Below, piece by piece: positions 61,129-63,896 of a DNA stretch of 63,896 bases. The notes below the pieces were generated by a model, which saw only the letters and a list, made by a program, of their open reading frames with translations, searched no databases and had not been told where the DNA came from. The stretch lies in contig JAYTHY010000104.1 in the NCBI GenBank assembly GCA_043732185.1, forward strand, positions 1-63,896. Direction: 5' to 3'. Numbering within the stretch: the stretch's first letter is position 1; every line of letters starts with the position of its first letter. Position numbers and translations under genes: made by a program. The DNA is from Fibrobacteria bacterium. GTDB taxonomy: Bacteria > Fibrobacterota > Fibrobacteria > UBA11236.

Positions 61129-61800
61129 ATGGAGGCGCTAGAAGGGGTACAAGAGTTGTACCGAAAACGTTTTGATGATAAGGAACGGATACAAAAGGAA
61201 CGGCTGTGGAAAATCCTGTGTCTGTACCTCCAGCGTTACTTTCCAAAAAATGGTTCTGTTTTGGATCTGGGTGCAGGTTATTGCGAGTTTATAAACAACA
61301 TCAGTGCAAGCCGAAAGTTTGCCGTGGATATGAATCCTGATACTGCCATTTTCGCAGGATCAGATGTTACCGTTTTCCAATCGACATGCGATTCAATGCC
61401 TTTTCTGGAATCAGGCTCACTGGACGCTGTTTTTCTAAGCAATATTTTGGAGCATCTCGCCGATAAAGCGCAGGTTATGAATGTGATGCGCGAAATACAA
61501 CGCGTACTTAAGGTAGGTGGACGCATGGTTATTCTCATGCCAAACATTCGGTATGCGTATAAGGAGTATTGGGATTTCTTTGATCATCAAATTCCCTTAA
61601 CTGAAAAAAGCGTTTTGGAAGCTGCCGTAATGGCCGGGTTTCGCTCGCACACGATTATACCTGCATTTCTTCCCTACACCACCAAAAGCCGTTTTCCACA
61701 ATGGGATTTTCTTGTGCGGATGTACCTGTCTTTACCCATCCTGTGGAAAGTATTTGGAAAACAAGCGTTAGTGGTGGTGGAGAAACGCTCCCTAGGATGA
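61129..61800 (+). CDS. Class I SAM methyltransferase
   Basis: VLDLGAGY, SNILEHL, LKVGG, YWDFFDH, FLPYTTKS. Confidence 0.92.
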   Translation: MEALEGVQELYRKRFDDKERIQKERLWKILCLYLQRYFPKNGSVLDLGAGYCEFINNISASRKFAVDMNPDTAIFAGSDVTVFQSTCDSMPFLESGSLDAVFLSNILEHLADKAQVMNVMREIQRVLKVGGRMVILMPNIRYAYKEYWDFFDHQIPLTEKSVLEAAVMAGFRSHTIIPAFLPYTTKSRFPQWDFLVRMYLSLPILWKVFGKQALVVVEKRSLG

Positions 61801-63536
61801 AATCAAATTTGCCCAACGCCAGGCTAAGTCGTCAGGGGGAATGGAAAGCGTTTTCTTGGGGCTGGGTACTTTTTATTCTGCTTTATTTTTCCTTCGGTTT
61901 TCATCCGGGCATTCTGCGCAGTGATGACTTCGGATACCTACGTAGCATACTCGGCACAATAACAATGGGGCATCCCTATACTTATGAATGGCTCGAACCA
62001 TTTGGTATTGTATTTTCTTCTACAGTTGTCCTGCTTTATCGTATTTCCGGTAACTTTTATTTCTCTGCATATGGCTTCCAAGCTTTCTGCGTCCTGATTT
62101 TTTATCCTTTGTTGTACGCGTTACTTATCCGCCGGTTTAGGCCCCATTCCACTGCAATTTTGACCTTGGCCGTAGCCACCTTTCCCTTATTTCTGGCCAA
62201 AGAGGCGGATTTTCATGGCGGCATCTGTACCATGGACCTTTTTTTGCTTTCGCTGATCTGTTTTGAATCCGGAAAATTTGGATGGTTCTTTCTATCCACT
62301 TTCTTGGCATTTGCAAATCGTCAAAACCAAATTTGCCTACTCCTTCTTCCCATGTGGACGACCGTGCTGGATTACAGGTGCAATAGGAGGATTTCTTGGA
62401 ATATAGTAGTAGGTGCAACAATTTGTGTACTGATGATTCTTTTAACTCTGACTTATATGAACCTCACTTATGCAAGTTCTCATGGTACTTTCCAGCTTTC
62501 TGAAAGGGCAGATATTTTTAGCAAAGCCATTTTAGCCTTTTTGGTCGGAAGCCTAATAACCATGAGTCTTATCGCATATTTTTCAAAATTAAAAAACTCA
62601 GCCTTTGTGGCGGGACCGTTTCTTGGGAAACGCTGGCTTTGGCCAATTTGTGCCACACTAGTATTGTTGGTGATTCTTCCCTTTTGGCATGGCGAACTTA
62701 TCAAGGTGGATACACCCGCTTTTGGCCTATTCGGTTGGCCGGAGGTGAACCGTTTTTTACCTTGGCTGATTTTGCCGGGTCTATGGCTGCTGGATTTTCG
62801 GCTATTCAAGCCATCACCTTATCTCATTCTGATTGCTGGTTACATAGTGATAGCCTCGTTGCGCGGAGTGTGGTGGGATTATTATTTCATGGAAATCATA
62901 ATATTGGGATTGTTGCTGAATTTTCCATCAGTGTCCTTTTCATTACCTACGGTTGATTCATTGTCTTCTCAACCAATTCAACATCTCGGCGCGGATTATG
63001 CCTTACCTTCTATACCTCTGCGAGGATTGATTTTTTTGATTGCGTTTTTATTTGGAAACTTGGGTTACGCATATTTCCTTAAAGTAAGCCTGGACAAGCA
63101 AATGCTCGCCGTGCAGCTCATGGAGCGATTAGAACGGAAGGGCACTCTGACCGTGGACAAGATGACTGGGGCGCCTTTTGGATTTCTTGGATGGAAGCTG
63201 TTCGATTATTTTCTCGCCAATGAAGGGAAAACCTTTGGAGCCTTGGTTGATTTTTTAGGGTATGTCAGGCGGGATAGAGTAGTTGTGGACAGTTATTTGC
63301 CTTGGCGGCATTCTTTCAAATCTCCTTTGCCGGCCTCGGCTGTGATACTGGACACGGGAACCTATTGCATCGGGTACCTATCCCTGCCATACCGGGTTGC
63401 GGATTTGCGCGGCTCAGATACCCTGCTATCCATTTCTGGACGGCCAATGACTTTGGATCTCACGAAATTCGTTTCACCGCGTTACCCCTTAAATAACGCG
63501 GAGTGGAAGGATTTTTTCGGCCAATTCCGGAAATAG
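61797..63536 (+). CDS. Polytopic membrane protein, putative GT-C glycosyltransferase (paralog of 52855..54555)
   Basis: ATGA overlap with the methyltransferase; SDDFGY, SGNFY, RQN, WDYY, MTGA.FGFLG, PLNN.EW. Confidence 0.72.
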   Translation: MKSNLPNARLSRQGEWKAFSWGWVLFILLYFSFGFHPGILRSDDFGYLRSILGTITMGHPYTYEWLEPFGIVFSSTVVLLYRISGNFYFSAYGFQAFCVLIFYPLLYALLIRRFRPHSTAILTLAVATFPLFLAKEADFHGGICTMDLFLLSLICFESGKFGWFFLSTFLAFANRQNQICLLLLPMWTTVLDYRCNRRISWNIVVGATICVLMILLTLTYMNLTYASSHGTFQLSERADIFSKAILAFLVGSLITMSLIAYFSKLKNSAFVAGPFLGKRWLWPICATLVLLVILPFWHGELIKVDTPAFGLFGWPEVNRFLPWLILPGLWLLDFRLFKPSPYLILIAGYIVIASLRGVWWDYYFMEIIILGLLLNFPSVSFSLPTVDSLSSQPIQHLGADYALPSIPLRGLIFLIAFLFGNLGYAYFLKVSLDKQMLAVQLMERLERKGTLTVDKMTGAPFGFLGWKLFDYFLANEGKTFGALVDFLGYVRRDRVVVDSYLPWRHSFKSPLPASAVILDTGTYCIGYLSLPYRVADLRGSDTLLSISGRPMTLDLTKFVSPRYPLNNAEWKDFFGQFRK

Positions 63537-63567
63537 TTGACAATCCAGGTGCTATTGGAGTTACATT
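63537..63567 (+). promoter_or_regulatory. Sigma70-like promoter of the cimA leader
   Basis: TTGACA (63537-42) and TACATT (63562-67), 19-nt spacing. Confidence 0.5.
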
Positions 63568-63573
63568 ACAGAA

Positions 63574-63696
63574 ATGCGTTCTCAATTCCAAACAGAATAC
63601 GAATATTCCGAAGGTCCGCTAGCCCCAGTGCTTGCGCTTTCGGCTATTATTATTCGAATTCTAAGCGGAGACGGAAGCGGGAACGGAATTTTTTAG
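63574..63696 (+). CDS. Attenuator leader peptide (40 aa, Ile-rich)
   Basis: MRSQFQTEYEYSEGPLAPVLALSAIIIRILSGDGSGNGIF; ATT ATT ATT CGA ATT CTA run. Confidence 0.75.
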   Translation: MRSQFQTEYEYSEGPLAPVLALSAIIIRILSGDGSGNGIF

Positions 63697-63720
63697 GGAG
63701 AAGACCCCAGAAAATACCGA

Positions 63721-63750
63721 AAGCCCGCTCAGCAGAGCGGGTTTTTTTTT
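63721..63750 (+). terminator. Attenuator terminator upstream of cimA
   Basis: GCCCGCTC-AGCA-GAGCGGGT followed by a long U tract, ~35 nt before the cimA ATG. Confidence 0.9.
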
Positions 63751-63784
63751 GCCTTTGAACCAGGCCTGAGAAAGGTTGGATACG

Positions 63785-63896
63785 ATGAAAACAGTAAAGA
63801 TTTATGATACGACGCTCCGCGATGGAAGTCAGGCTAAGGGGATTTCGTTTTCCCTTGAAGACAAGTTGACGGTGGCCCGAAAACTGGATGCTATCG
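63785..63896 (+). CDS. cimA: Citramalate synthase (LeuA/CimA family), 3'-truncated by the window
   Basis: [35 protein letters not shown]; the ISFS.EDKL pattern favours CimA over LeuA. Confidence 0.75.
   Translation, partial: MKTVKIYDTTLRDGSQAKGISFSLEDKLTVARKLDAI

Noticed and set aside
63537..63758. 73-aa track ORF starting at TTG 63537, or a T-box element
   Set aside because: The TTG is part of the TTGACA -35 box and the ORF runs through the terminator; no T-box consensus (AAGGTGGTACC-like) is seen. The leader-peptide model fits better.

Overview
Gene-dense bacterial chromosomal window, probably from an FCB-group organism. The many secreted proteins with FlgD/T9SS-like C-terminal sorting domains and unusual lipoproteins most resemble Fibrobacterota; this is an inference, not a database result. 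Housekeeping genes: thiD, trxB, glpK, hemJ, tyrS, ffh, rpsP-rimM-trmD-rplS, ilvC, leuB, ilvE and the start of cimA. Accessory blocks: (1) a sigma54 activator followed by a -24/-12 promoter, a secreted HExxH metalloprotease and a two-component system; (2) a lipoprotein/ABC exporter operon facing a coiled-coil secreted protein and two tandem giant Ig/CHB_HEX_C-repeat proteins that share a ~600-aa C-terminal module; (3) a MoxR AAA+ ATPase with a YehM-like/degenerate-VWA partner; (4) a type I restriction-modification locus collapsed to ~930 bp; (5) a two-gene cassette lying between two colinear fragments of a decayed IS4-family transposase; (6) a ~15 kb surface-glycan modification region with an SxtI/J/K-like carbamoyltransferase module, three methyltransferases, a nucleotide-sugar dehydrogenase/epimerase/GT2 operon and three GT-C-like membrane proteins; (7) an Ile-codon leader-peptide attenuator upstream of cimA. 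I saw no rRNA, tRNA or CRISPR array. Family names come from motif recognition by eye, not from searches.
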